Positions 7,449 through 16,136 of a stretch of 64,000 bases of DNA are shown here, piece after piece. Position 1 is the first letter of the stretch. Every line of letters starts with the position of its first letter. The stretch comes from Candidatus Staskawiczbacteria bacterium (GTDB lineage: Bacteria; Patescibacteriota; Minisyncoccia; Minisyncoccales; Staskawiczbacteraceae): assembly GCA_026395175.1 (NCBI GenBank), contig JAPLZF010000015.1, positions 21,066 to 85,065 on the forward strand. Reading direction: 5' to 3'. Both the position numbers and the translations under genes were made by a program. The notes beneath the pieces are model-generated. The model ran no database searches and had not been told where the DNA came from. It saw only the letters and a list, made by a program, of their open reading frames with translations.

Positions 7449-10433
7449 TTAATTAATTTTTCTAAATAAATCACCTAGTTTCAACACGCTTCTATTTTCC
7501 AGCCAACTTATATCTTTTTTATCAAGTTGTGGGTTCTCTTGAATGAACAAATATCGCCATTCTTCTTTATTAGGGTCAGCTTCGGTAAGCATTGAGGCAT
7601 ATTTTTCTCCGCGTTCTTTCTTGGCTTTATCTCTATCATCCATCCTGCCCTTTACCTCAATTATATAATTTACAATCCTTCCACCTTCGTCGGTTTTTGC
7701 AATAAAATCTGGAAAATAATTTACATAAAATCCTTGCCACAAATATTCAAAGTTATAGCCAACGCCCTGCTGGTGATTATATAGCCACCCCGTAATATCT
7801 TCACATCCATCCAAAAGTTGTGCAACTCTTAATTCATCGTTGTTTCCCATACATTGTTTGTCGAATCCAGATTTTTCAGGATTTTCTAAAACATTTTCAA
7901 AAATTGCTTGATACGGCTCGACTCCTCGGCTTTCTTTTATTTCGTACTTATCAGTTGCTGGTTTTTCATGGGAACGCAAACTATTGATAAACTTAATCAA
8001 TTCCTGCTTAACCAAGGCCATCACATCATCATTGAAAACATTCTTTTTTACAATTTTATCTGTTTTCTCATCAACAAAATCAAGACGTAATGACATACCA
8101 ATTGGTAAAGCAAACGCTTTTTTCTCTAAAAATCTTTTTACCACATCTAAAACACGCAACTTATCAGAATATGATAAACGCAACTCGTTCAAAATTGGCT
8201 TAACATAACCAGAAATCAATAATCTATCTAAACCAAAGTAGCTTGATGATTGTTCAAATTCAAACTCAAGCCCTTTTTCAATATCCTTTTCAAACTGCGT
8301 TTTAATTTTTAGTTTATCAGCTGATTCTATCCACTTAAATTTTTTCGATAATTCTGGCAAATCAGATTCTTTAAAATTGTCGTGCCAGGTTTTAATATTT
8401 TCCACGAGGCCCAGAAATTTTACCATTCTAACATTTCTTTTTTTTCTTTCTTCAACGTCAGACAAAGGATTTACAACTGTATAAACCGCCGGTTCTTTTT
8501 CTCCAGCATCCACTTCGTCCATAATGTCATCGATCTCGTCGATGATGGCCTTAAAAGAAGGATGTTCAATGATATATAAATTTTCTGGTTTAGAAGAAAA
8601 CGCACCATCATCATCCATTTCTGGTTGATGCATTTTTCTTAAACCACGTCCCAAAGTTTGTTCTGCCAGTGTTCTTGAGTCACATGGCCGAAGGGGGACA
8701 ATTGTTTTAACGTTTCTCACATCCCAGCCTTCTTTAAGCATCAACACGGCCACAATAACATTGTAAGGGTTTTCAATGGATTCACCTTTTAATTGCGGAT
8801 CCTCAATATAATCCTTATCTATCGAGTGAACCAATTTTCTGATTTTCTCCCAATCCTTATCATTGTTTAATTCTTTTTGGCCGATATGAATTTGGATAAC
8901 AGTTGATTTTCCATTTTTAACAAAAAGCGTTTTCTTTGTCTCTACATCGTAAAATCCTTTTACGGGAAGATTATCATTTTCTAAATCTTTTCCTTCATCA
9001 TCAATTTCCTGATATTTCAAATAATTAAATATCTGTGTGGCTTCCTTTTTGTCATTACACAATATAAAAAGTATTTGCTTGCGCTTATCTCCCTCGTCAT
9101 CAAATAACTTTTGGTTTTCCTGCCATCGCTTTATACCCGTACGCAATAAATTTTCGTACATCTCCCAAGCGCATAATTTCTCTTTATTGATTATGCCTCG
9201 CGTTTCTTCACCCTCGTATACTTTTACTTTTTCTAGTTTTGGCATTTTAATAATGCCGTCCTTCTTCGCCTCTCCAAGAGAATATAAGTCAACTGTATGC
9301 TTAAATAAATCCATCCAACGAAATCTTATTTCTTCTTTATCTTTTTTTGTCCCTTTATGAGATCCTTTCTCTTCAAAAAGGGTAGCCGATAAATCAACCT
9401 GTAACGCAACGCCACATAAATCATCCACGTTTCTGATGGAACGGATCCAGCCAAGCTCTTCTTTTATCTGTTCTTCTTTAACGCCGATCTCTTTTAAATT
9501 TTTAATTTTCTTTTCGTATTCCTTGTGCTTTTCTTCATCGTGAACATGATGGGCTTCATCATTGATAATTAAAACATTTTTTGAATTTTTGAAAGAATCT
9601 ACGAGTGTACGCTTTTGATTTTCTAACTTTTTGGGCATCGCTGATTCAAAAAGCGACAATTCTTTGGCTAACTTTTGTGTTTTTACCTCAGAATCATTAT
9701 TTTCTGATTCGCGATAAAGTTTGTGAATGTTTGTTACTACAAGCGCGCCTTCTTCCGATTTCAGTTCGCTTGGCACGGTTGCTGGTGAATATACTTTTAA
9801 ATTCCAACATCTATCCAGTTCTTTCGGAATAATTGGATCGCTGTGAAAAATGTCCGGTCTGTCATCAGACGGCGCAAAATCTTCTAATAATCTATCTAAT
9901 ACAAAAAGATTCGGCGCAATGAGTAAAAAATGTTTTCCTATGCCTAAATGTTTCTCACCTTCAATTGCCGCGTTCAAATAACTCCAAGCAAAAATTAAAC
10001 TCATAATTTTTGTTTTACCCGAACCAGTTGCCAGTTGTGCGCCGAGTTTCGTCCACGAATCGCGTTGCGGAGTAATCATATCTATCCCAATTATTTTAGA
10101 AATGTCCTCGCGCCTGCGAATACCGCATACCTCATAAAGATAAATAAATGTCTCTATCGTCCGTCTTTGATGTGGCCAATATTTAAAACGAAAACTTTTT
10201 CCGTCTTTTCCTTTTAATTCATGCGGAAAAGACCGAAACCAATGGCGTAAAAGCAATTCCGTTGTTTCCGATATTTCTTTTTCAAATGACAATACCGGCT
10301 TATATTTTGCTGGTTCTTTAGGATATGGCACTTTAGCGCTTTGTAACGGAAATCCGCGCCACGCATCTACGCGTTCGCGGATTTTTTGGATAACTATTTT
10401 CTGCGGAGGTAATTTTTTGTCCTGCTCACTCAT
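7449..10433 (-). CDS. res: Type III restriction enzyme, Res subunit (SF2 helicase plus C-terminal endonuclease)
   Basis: 994 aa. Walker A is LATGSGKT and the DEAH box is IINDEAHHV. Helicase motif VI is QTLGRGLR. The C-terminal PD..EVK nuclease motif is FPDFIAK...YIIEVKG. It starts 1 nt after mod. Confidence 0.85.
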   Translation of the reverse strand: MSEQDKKLPPQKIVIQKIRERVDAWRGFPLQSAKVPYPKEPAKYKPVLSFEKEISETTELLLRHWFRSFPHELKGKDGKSFRFKYWPHQRRTIETFIYLYEVCGIRRREDISKIIGIDMITPQRDSWTKLGAQLATGSGKTKIMSLIFAWSYLNAAIEGEKHLGIGKHFLLIAPNLFVLDRLLEDFAPSDDRPDIFHSDPIIPKELDRCWNLKVYSPATVPSELKSEEGALVVTNIHKLYRESENNDSEVKTQKLAKELSLFESAMPKKLENQKRTLVDSFKNSKNVLIINDEAHHVHDEEKHKEYEKKIKNLKEIGVKEEQIKEELGWIRSIRNVDDLCGVALQVDLSATLFEEKGSHKGTKKDKEEIRFRWMDLFKHTVDLYSLGEAKKDGIIKMPKLEKVKVYEGEETRGIINKEKLCAWEMYENLLRTGIKRWQENQKLFDDEGDKRKQILFILCNDKKEATQIFNYLKYQEIDDEGKDLENDNLPVKGFYDVETKKTLFVKNGKSTVIQIHIGQKELNNDKDWEKIRKLVHSIDKDYIEDPQLKGESIENPYNVIVAVLMLKEGWDVRNVKTIVPLRPCDSRTLAEQTLGRGLRKMHQPEMDDDGAFSSKPENLYIIEHPSFKAIIDEIDDIMDEVDAGEKEPAVYTVVNPLSDVEERKKRNVRMVKFLGLVENIKTWHDNFKESDLPELSKKFKWIESADKLKIKTQFEKDIEKGLEFEFEQSSSYFGLDRLLISGYVKPILNELRLSYSDKLRVLDVVKRFLEKKAFALPIGMSLRLDFVDEKTDKIVKKNVFNDDVMALVKQELIKFINSLRSHEKPATDKYEIKESRGVEPYQAIFENVLENPEKSGFDKQCMGNNDELRVAQLLDGCEDITGWLYNHQQGVGYNFEYLWQGFYVNYFPDFIAKTDEGGRIVNYIIEVKGRMDDRDKAKKERGEKYASMLTEADPNKEEWRYLFIQENPQLDKKDISWLENRSVLKLGDLFRKIN

Positions 10434-10434
10434 A

Positions 10435-12534
10435 TTATTTTTTAATAACTACTTTTGTTGTTACAATCCCATCGTTTCCAAAAACATCCGTTACTTTGAC
10501 GGCTATTGTATATTCACCAGCTTTTTCGTATGTATGAAATGCTTTAAATACCAAATCTTCAACCATCTTCTTGCCATTTCTTTTTCTAAACGATTGCCAT
10601 TCGTTTTCAAACACAAATTCTTTTAAATTATCTTTTAAACTTTCGTAATCCCAATCCACCGCCCAAAAATCCACAAAACTTTGCCAACTTTTTTCTTTCT
10701 CTAACCATTTTTTAAGTTCATTTCGACGTTCCGGATTCTGACTTTCTAAAAAACTTTCCGCATCAACTTCCAATCCGGCAAGCTCTATCATCGCTTCTTT
10801 GCTGTCATTAACTTTGTGGATTTTTACTGTAAGCGGTGAGAAAAATGCGATATTAGGCATTTCGCTTATCTTTTCTGGATTTTTAACTCCGCTCTTGATA
10901 AATTCTAATCTCTTTTTTACTTCATCAATGGCGCTGGCCGGTATGATCCGCGCCGTAACCTGTACGCCATATTTTTCTTTGGCTTTCTCTATCGCATTGT
11001 TCAGGTGCGCGGTAAAATCCGCCGAAAGCACATAACACTTTTTAAAATCTGTGTCTTTTACTTCTTTAGCAATTGCGTCTATCTGTTCACCGACAATCGG
11101 CGCCGACAAAGGTCCGACATGAATCCAGCTTCCGCGTTTTTTTCCGTGTAGAAGTTTAGAGTATGGTGCATATTCTCCGCCAAAAAGTTCAATAATTGCT
11201 TGCCGATATGAGTCGGCTTGCGCGCCAACTTGCACTGCATCCCATTTTACTCCACGCTGATAATAACCCATGTTCTCTACCGTAAACGGCCTGACTTTAT
11301 AAACGCCGGTGTTCTTTTCCGGTTTTGACTGACCGTTAAGCTCAATTAATCTTTTTCGCGCTGTATGAATAGCAAATTTTGAATTATCAATACCAATCCA
11401 TGTACATTTTAATTCTTCTGCCAATTGCTCTGCGACCACACATGTAGTTCCTGAGCCAATAAATGCATCTAAAATAATACCATTCTGGGGGCATGACACT
11501 TTGATTATTCTTCTTAATAATTCGAGAGGTTTTTGAGTGGGATAACCGGAGAATTCATCATAAGCAAAACTTTCTCGAATGATAGGGATATCATCCCAAA
11601 TATCTTTAATTAAACTACCCTTATTGAAATCTACTGCCACATCATCGCCCTTTGGATCTTTCCCATTTTCTTTAGTAAATCTCTGAGTAGCTTTTCGTAA
11701 TTCTGAAAGTTCATTATTTTCTTTAAGAGTTTTAAATAAAATTTGATTATTTTCGTTTATATATTTTCCAAATCTACCACGCACAGATTCTGTTATACCT
11801 TCTTTTCTTGCCTGAATATATGGATCATTAGTTTTTGAATAGAACAAAATATCTGCATGATATTTAACATAACTTCCTTTAGCCCCAGTTAGACCTTTTC
11901 CACCATACGTCCAGATTATGTTATTAACAAAATTTGAGTAGTCAAATATTTCATCCATAAGAACTTTAATATAATGCGAGGTGTGCCAATCTAAATGCAC
12001 ATAAATTGAGCCCGTAGGTGATAGAAGTTCTTTCATTAATTCCAACCGTTCGCGCATCATTTGAAGAAATGAATCCAGTCCGTTTTGCCAAGTGTCTTTG
12101 TAGGCAATAGTTTCAATAATCGTTGGCTCTTTTACTGACATCACGCCCTCTTCCTCATCTACTTCAATATCAATAGTGTTTTGTGTCACAAAATCATCTT
12201 GCACCATAAACGGCGGATCAATGTATATGAGGTCAATTTTGTTACGATACTTATACTCACCACTCACCGGATCTTTTTCATCTAGTAAAGTTTTCAGCGC
12301 CACAAGATTATCATTAGTCCAAATCAGCCGATTTTTTGGAAAGTCAGCCGACTTGGTAATTTTTTTCTGTAACTCACCTTTGGCAAAAAGTGTATCCTCG
12401 TCTTTTTTCTCTGCCTTTGACGGATACACGATTTCAATTACTTGCGTCGGTACCGCCTCCACTAACGTTTTCTTATCCATCCCGTCATAGGCCAGTATCG
12501 GCTTCTTCTTTTTTAATTCAATTTCTTTTTTCAT
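10435..12534 (-). CDS. mod: Type III R-M Mod subunit (beta-class N6/N4 DNA methyltransferase) with a C-terminal PKD-like domain
   Basis: 699 aa. Motif IV (IYIDPPF) precedes motif I (DAFIGSGTT), which is the beta-class order. The C-terminal ~90 aa read WDWDY...FHTYEKAGEYTIAVKVTDVFGNDGIVTTKVVI, a PKD-type signature. Confidence 0.85.
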   Translation of the reverse strand: MKKEIELKKKKPILAYDGMDKKTLVEAVPTQVIEIVYPSKAEKKDEDTLFAKGELQKKITKSADFPKNRLIWTNDNLVALKTLLDEKDPVSGEYKYRNKIDLIYIDPPFMVQDDFVTQNTIDIEVDEEEGVMSVKEPTIIETIAYKDTWQNGLDSFLQMMRERLELMKELLSPTGSIYVHLDWHTSHYIKVLMDEIFDYSNFVNNIIWTYGGKGLTGAKGSYVKYHADILFYSKTNDPYIQARKEGITESVRGRFGKYINENNQILFKTLKENNELSELRKATQRFTKENGKDPKGDDVAVDFNKGSLIKDIWDDIPIIRESFAYDEFSGYPTQKPLELLRRIIKVSCPQNGIILDAFIGSGTTCVVAEQLAEELKCTWIGIDNSKFAIHTARKRLIELNGQSKPEKNTGVYKVRPFTVENMGYYQRGVKWDAVQVGAQADSYRQAIIELFGGEYAPYSKLLHGKKRGSWIHVGPLSAPIVGEQIDAIAKEVKDTDFKKCYVLSADFTAHLNNAIEKAKEKYGVQVTARIIPASAIDEVKKRLEFIKSGVKNPEKISEMPNIAFFSPLTVKIHKVNDSKEAMIELAGLEVDAESFLESQNPERRNELKKWLEKEKSWQSFVDFWAVDWDYESLKDNLKEFVFENEWQSFRKRNGKKMVEDLVFKAFHTYEKAGEYTIAVKVTDVFGNDGIVTTKVVIKK

Positions 12535-12632
12535 ATTTTTAATTTATTTAACCACAAATCAGACATTTTTTCAAATTTCTAAAACAAAAATGCCGGTACA
12601 TTTAAGCCGGTTGTTTTTGTTAAAAATTATCG

Positions 12633-13016
12633 TTAAGCTAAAATTTTCTCACCGCTTTCTTCCCGAACTTTTATGTCGTCCTTATTCAAAAAATTAACAT
12701 GCACGACCGGAGCGACTAATTCCGGATCTTCTGCTTGTCTTGGTGGGCCGTCTATGTAATTCCAAATCTGTTTTATCATTTGTTCGTTGCCATCGACTAC
12801 GGCCTGTTTTAAAATTCTATTAATCAAGAGCTCTAAATATGACTTCTGCTGGCCCTCCGGAATCTCCTGCAGTTTCTTTTTTATTTCCGCTGTAATCGAA
12901 ACTGACCCGGATGGCCTGCCGTTTGGGTTGCCCGACTGGCCTTTCTTAAAAAGCCACGGTTTTATCTGTTTTTCATCTGTTATATCAGTTGTTTTTATCG
13001 AATTTGACTGCTCCAT
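12633..13016 (-). CDS. Phage-associated small protein (DUF5681-like, GQSGNPNGRP motif)
   Basis: 127 aa. FKKGQSGNPNGRPSGS is the hallmark stretch I associate with DUF5681 proteins found near phage terminase or replication modules. Confidence 0.5.
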   Translation of the reverse strand: MEQSNSIKTTDITDEKQIKPWLFKKGQSGNPNGRPSGSVSITAEIKKKLQEIPEGQQKSYLELLINRILKQAVVDGNEQMIKQIWNYIDGPPRQAEDPELVAPVVHVNFLNKDDIKVREESGEKILA

Positions 13017-13083
13017 AGATTTACCCCACTCGACACCAGATCTCTTGTCTAGGGCCCTTGTGGTTGCTCAAAATCCCCGTATT

Positions 13084-14502
13084 TTATGCTTTTTTGGCCT
13101 TTATGCCCGTAAACCTCTCAAACCTCGCTAATATCACCTCCGCATATAATGGCGACAATTCAATCGCTCGACACTTTCTTTTCATTATTTCGCTGGCTAT
13201 TATTGTTGATCCCGATCCGCCGAAGGGTTCCATAACTATTCCATTTCTTGGAGAAAGTATTTTAACGTATGGCACGAGCACCGGAATTGGCTTTGTGCCG
13301 AAAATCAAATTCTGTCCGGACTGAGAAGCTGAATCTGTTGCGTGCGTTACGTGGTCGCCCATCACCCAAAATTTTGTACCCTTGTCTTTATTCCAATCCG
13401 GTTTTCCCTGTTTTGCATAAAGCGATACCTCGTAAGTGTCGATTAACTTCTGTGCTTTGTTTTCCAAATATTCTCTGAATCCATCTTCGTCAATTTCGTT
13501 ATTTACTCCATCACCGGCAACCGGAGCAACATCAAATCTGTTGAAGAATTTGTATTTTGCCGAGAAGCCCTGTGTTCGGTTTGGCGTGTGCCAGATTACC
13601 ATGTTTTGGATTGCCCAATACTTTCCTATGGCTCCCCAAAGGTCGGGAGTGTTTCTCCAGTTCTCGAATACCATGACATTTGAGCCTTTTTCATTTTTGA
13701 ATTGGTTTGCTATTGAAAGCCATTCGTCAAATTCAGGAACGCCGCCGGCTTGCACAACACCTTCGTATTTTCTGTTGCCCTTGTAGCCGAATCCCTTTCC
13801 TTCCCTGTCTGTTTCGCCAACGCTTTCGTATTCCCTTTCAGCTTTTATTTTCCAACCGTCTTTTGTTTTCACTTTTCTGACTCTTTTTTTACAGTAGGCC
13901 AGCCGATACGGCGGATCTGTGAACATAAAATCAAATCTTTCGTTGCCCAGTAATTTTTTCCACGCTTTCGTATCCGTTGCATTGCCCACGACCAGCTTAT
14001 GCTCGCCTAACTGCCACAAATCTCCAGGCTTTACTCCATGAAGTTTTTGTATCGCTTTTTCTGTTTCTTTTGCCAAGTCAAAATCATCTGCTTTTTCCAG
14101 TCCGAAAATATTGTCCAACTCATTTTCATTGAAGCCAAACTCTTTTAACAAATCTTCGTCGAAGTTGGCCAGCTCGTCAAAATTCCATTCGCCCGTGTTT
14201 TTATTGCTTCTCAGATTGTATTCCTTAAATTCCGCCTCGGTTAATTTTCTGTTTGGCACGCGAACATCAATCTCCTCCTGACCACGGCCGAGCAACTGCA
14301 TAATCTTTAATCGCTGATGGCCGGCAATAATTTTGTTGTCTGTGTCGATTGCCGGAATCTCGACTAAATCAAATTTTGAAACGCTCTTTTTCAAATCCTC
14401 CAGTTGCTTGTCGTTCATGATCCTAGGATTGCCTTCAAAAGGCACAAGATCCTTCACTTTTCTTTTCTCTGTATGCCAAGCTAATTTTTTTGTTGTTTTC
14501 AT
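13084..14502 (-). CDS. ParB-like nuclease domain fused to an N6/N4 DNA methyltransferase (phage-type orphan MTase)
   Basis: 472 aa. The N-terminus has a ParB/Srx fold motif (NPRIMNDKQLEDLKKSV...IAGHQRL). It is followed by FTDPPY (motif IV) and a C-terminal EPFGGSGST (motif I). Confidence 0.8.
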   Translation of the reverse strand: MKTTKKLAWHTEKRKVKDLVPFEGNPRIMNDKQLEDLKKSVSKFDLVEIPAIDTDNKIIAGHQRLKIMQLLGRGQEEIDVRVPNRKLTEAEFKEYNLRSNKNTGEWNFDELANFDEDLLKEFGFNENELDNIFGLEKADDFDLAKETEKAIQKLHGVKPGDLWQLGEHKLVVGNATDTKAWKKLLGNERFDFMFTDPPYRLAYCKKRVRKVKTKDGWKIKAEREYESVGETDREGKGFGYKGNRKYEGVVQAGGVPEFDEWLSIANQFKNEKGSNVMVFENWRNTPDLWGAIGKYWAIQNMVIWHTPNRTQGFSAKYKFFNRFDVAPVAGDGVNNEIDEDGFREYLENKAQKLIDTYEVSLYAKQGKPDWNKDKGTKFWVMGDHVTHATDSASQSGQNLIFGTKPIPVLVPYVKILSPRNGIVMEPFGGSGSTIIASEIMKRKCRAIELSPLYAEVILARFERFTGIKAKKA

Positions 14503-14504
14503 AT

Positions 14505-14648
14505 TTAATCTTTTTTAGCCAATAGCCTCGTTAATGTTAAAACTATGGCGCCGGCAAAAGCAACAGCCCAGATGTAATCGACCACCCAGCCGAGGCAGTA
14601 AAAGAAAGCAAAAAAAGCATTTGTTAAAATTTCATTTGTTGTAATCAT
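14505..14648 (-). CDS. Small hydrophobic protein (47 aa)
   Basis: Own translation: MITTNEILTNAFFAFFYCLGWVVDYIWAVAFAGAIVLTLTRLLAKKD. The start overlaps the upstream stop as ATGA, and the gene ends 3 nt before the ParB-MTase ATG. Confidence 0.3.
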   Translation of the reverse strand: MITTNEILTNAFFAFFYCLGWVVDYIWAVAFAGAIVLTLTRLLAKKD

Positions 14649-14803
14649 AAGTCAGAGGGCTTTGAGGGATAATCTTTCCGGCGAAACCAGAAGATGATTG
14701 CGTCCTCAATACCTGTAAAAAGTAAGAATAGAGCATGAAAAAGAAAGGGGTAAAAAAATACCATCCCTAAAAACTCACTGACACTGGAATTTAAAAAAGT
14801 CAT
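14645..14803 (-). CDS. Small hydrophobic protein (52 aa)
   Basis: Own translation: MTFLNSSVSEFLGMVFFYPFLFHALFLLFTGIEDAIIFWFRRKDYPSKPSDL. ATGA overlaps at both ends. Confidence 0.3.
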   Translation of the reverse strand: MTFLNSSVSEFLGMVFFYPFLFHALFLLFTGIEDAIIFWFRRKDYPSKPSDL

Positions 14804-15069
14804 ATCTTTTGGTCGCTGTCTTGCTTATTGAAATTCCAAAGGAATTTTACAACAAGCCCGACAAAGAAAATTAGTAAAAAGGTTAAAATCAAAACTTGCC
14901 CGTAATCTAACTGCTTTGAAATCCAGAATGTTCCTGCTCCTGTTATTTGCTCTGTTGCCCCACCGGTTCCTATCGATCCGTCACAGGTCATCTGCGTAAA
15001 AGCAAACGGGTCGTTTTTGCCCGGCGGATTTCCTAAATAATTTACTGGCTGTGAAAGTGTGCAATTCAT
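14800..15069 (-). CDS. Small membrane-anchored protein (89 aa, C-terminal TM)
   Basis: ORF track. The TM segment is VLILTFLLIFFVGLVVKFLW. It is part of the ATGA-coupled chain. Confidence 0.35.
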   Translation of the reverse strand: MNCTLSQPVNYLGNPPGKNDPFAFTQMTCDGSIGTGGATEQITGAGTFWISKQLDYGQVLILTFLLIFFVGLVVKFLWNFNKQDSDQKI

Positions 15070-15152
15070 TGTATTATTGAAATGAAAAAAATGAATAATA
15101 TTATCGCGGCTGATAGTCCGTCAATGAAACCAACAAAAAATTCGTAAGTCAT
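15066..15152 (-). CDS. Mini-ORF (28 aa, hydrophobic)
   Basis: Own translation: MTYEFFVGFIDGLSAAIILFIFFISIIQ. ATGA-coupled on both sides. Very short, so speculative. Confidence 0.2.
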   Translation of the reverse strand: MTYEFFVGFIDGLSAAIILFIFFISIIQ

Positions 15153-15316
15153 TTGAATTTTTGAGAGTGTCCTCGTTTTTTTAATGTTAAGTCTATGATC
15201 ACGTATTTTCCTTTGCGGTAATCAACAAAGTACTTCCTTTCATCCGACTGCCCCATTTTGAACCTACGCTTGCCATTTTTCAATCGTCTGTCAAAGAATG
15301 TGCGAAAGCTTTTCAT
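15149..15316 (-). CDS. Small basic protein (55 aa)
   Basis: Own translation: MKSFRTFFDRRLKNGKRRFKMGQSDERKYFVDYRKGKYVIIDLTLKKRGHSQKFK. ATGA-coupled to the next ORF. Confidence 0.3.
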   Translation of the reverse strand: MKSFRTFFDRRLKNGKRRFKMGQSDERKYFVDYRKGKYVIIDLTLKKRGHSQKFK

Positions 15317-15330
15317 AAGTCAAGGCGAAA

Positions 15331-15594
15331 TCACAATTTTTTCGTAATTTGATATTTTGGTCGACCTTTTTTCTGCAAAAATTTGTCTAGTGTTTCATTG
15401 GCTCGCGTTGCTGCGATCCTCAGTTTTTCCTCTTCAGTAACCAATCCCATGGCCAGGGCTTTGTCCAAACCCTCTAATTCTTTTTTCTTAAATAAATTAA
15501 ATAATTTCATGGCGTCATCTTTGTTTGTTATTGGTATGTGTATCATGTTCTTTTTTCTGTTTTTTCGCGCGACCTTTAAACTTTTCCCAGGCAT
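15331..15594 (-). CDS. Small lysine-rich helical protein (87 aa)
   Basis: ORF track. A competing 58-aa ORF (MSNRNQPRVYWDENRQCYYITFFEDTKCDEIVDAWEKF..., 15515-15691) overlaps it in another frame, so only one of the two may be real. Confidence 0.3.
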   Translation of the reverse strand: MPGKSLKVARKNRKKNMIHIPITNKDDAMKLFNLFKKKELEGLDKALAMGLVTEEEKLRIAATRANETLDKFLQKKGRPKYQITKKL

Positions 15595-16046
15595 CTACTA
15601 TCTCATCACATTTCGTGTCCTCAAAAAATGTGATGTAGTAGCACTGCCTATTCTCGTCCCAATAAACTCTTGGTTGATTTCTGTTTGACATATTTTTTAT
15701 TTTTTTAATTTTTTTGCCGGATTTTTCTACTATTCTTGTTTTTTTGAAAAACCCCGAATAATATAAATCCCTTTGTCCTGCTTAAACAGGTCTTCCGCGA
15801 GCGTTGAGTTTTTGAAAACTCGCCCGCAGAAGTCCCTAAATCCCTTTGCTCGCGACCCATTCAGCGCGCGAGAACTGGCTAATTTTGGCTTGATTTAACT
15901 TGAAAACTATACTATGATAGTCCGAAAGCCGTCCCGAATGACCACAAGAGGCGGCTTTTCTTTTACATTGCAAAAATCAATTTAACTTCCAACAATGTCT
16001 GTCTGCCGTGTAATTTCTATCTTCACTCACGGCTCGCAGAATTCTC

Positions 16047-16136
16047 TTTCGGCTAGTTGTCGGCGGGCTTGAATGCCCGTTTTTTGCGTCCTCGTGGGAC
16101 AATATCGGGCAAAGCCGCGCCGACAACTAGCCGAAA
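16047..16136. repeat. Perfect 19-bp inverted repeat with a 52-nt spacer
   Basis: TTTCGGCTAGTTGTCGGCG (16047-16065) pairs with CGCCGACAACTAGCCGAAA (16118-16136). The right arm covers the stop codon of the 388-aa gene. The spacer contains the inner hairpin GGGCTTGAATGCCC. Confidence 0.8.
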
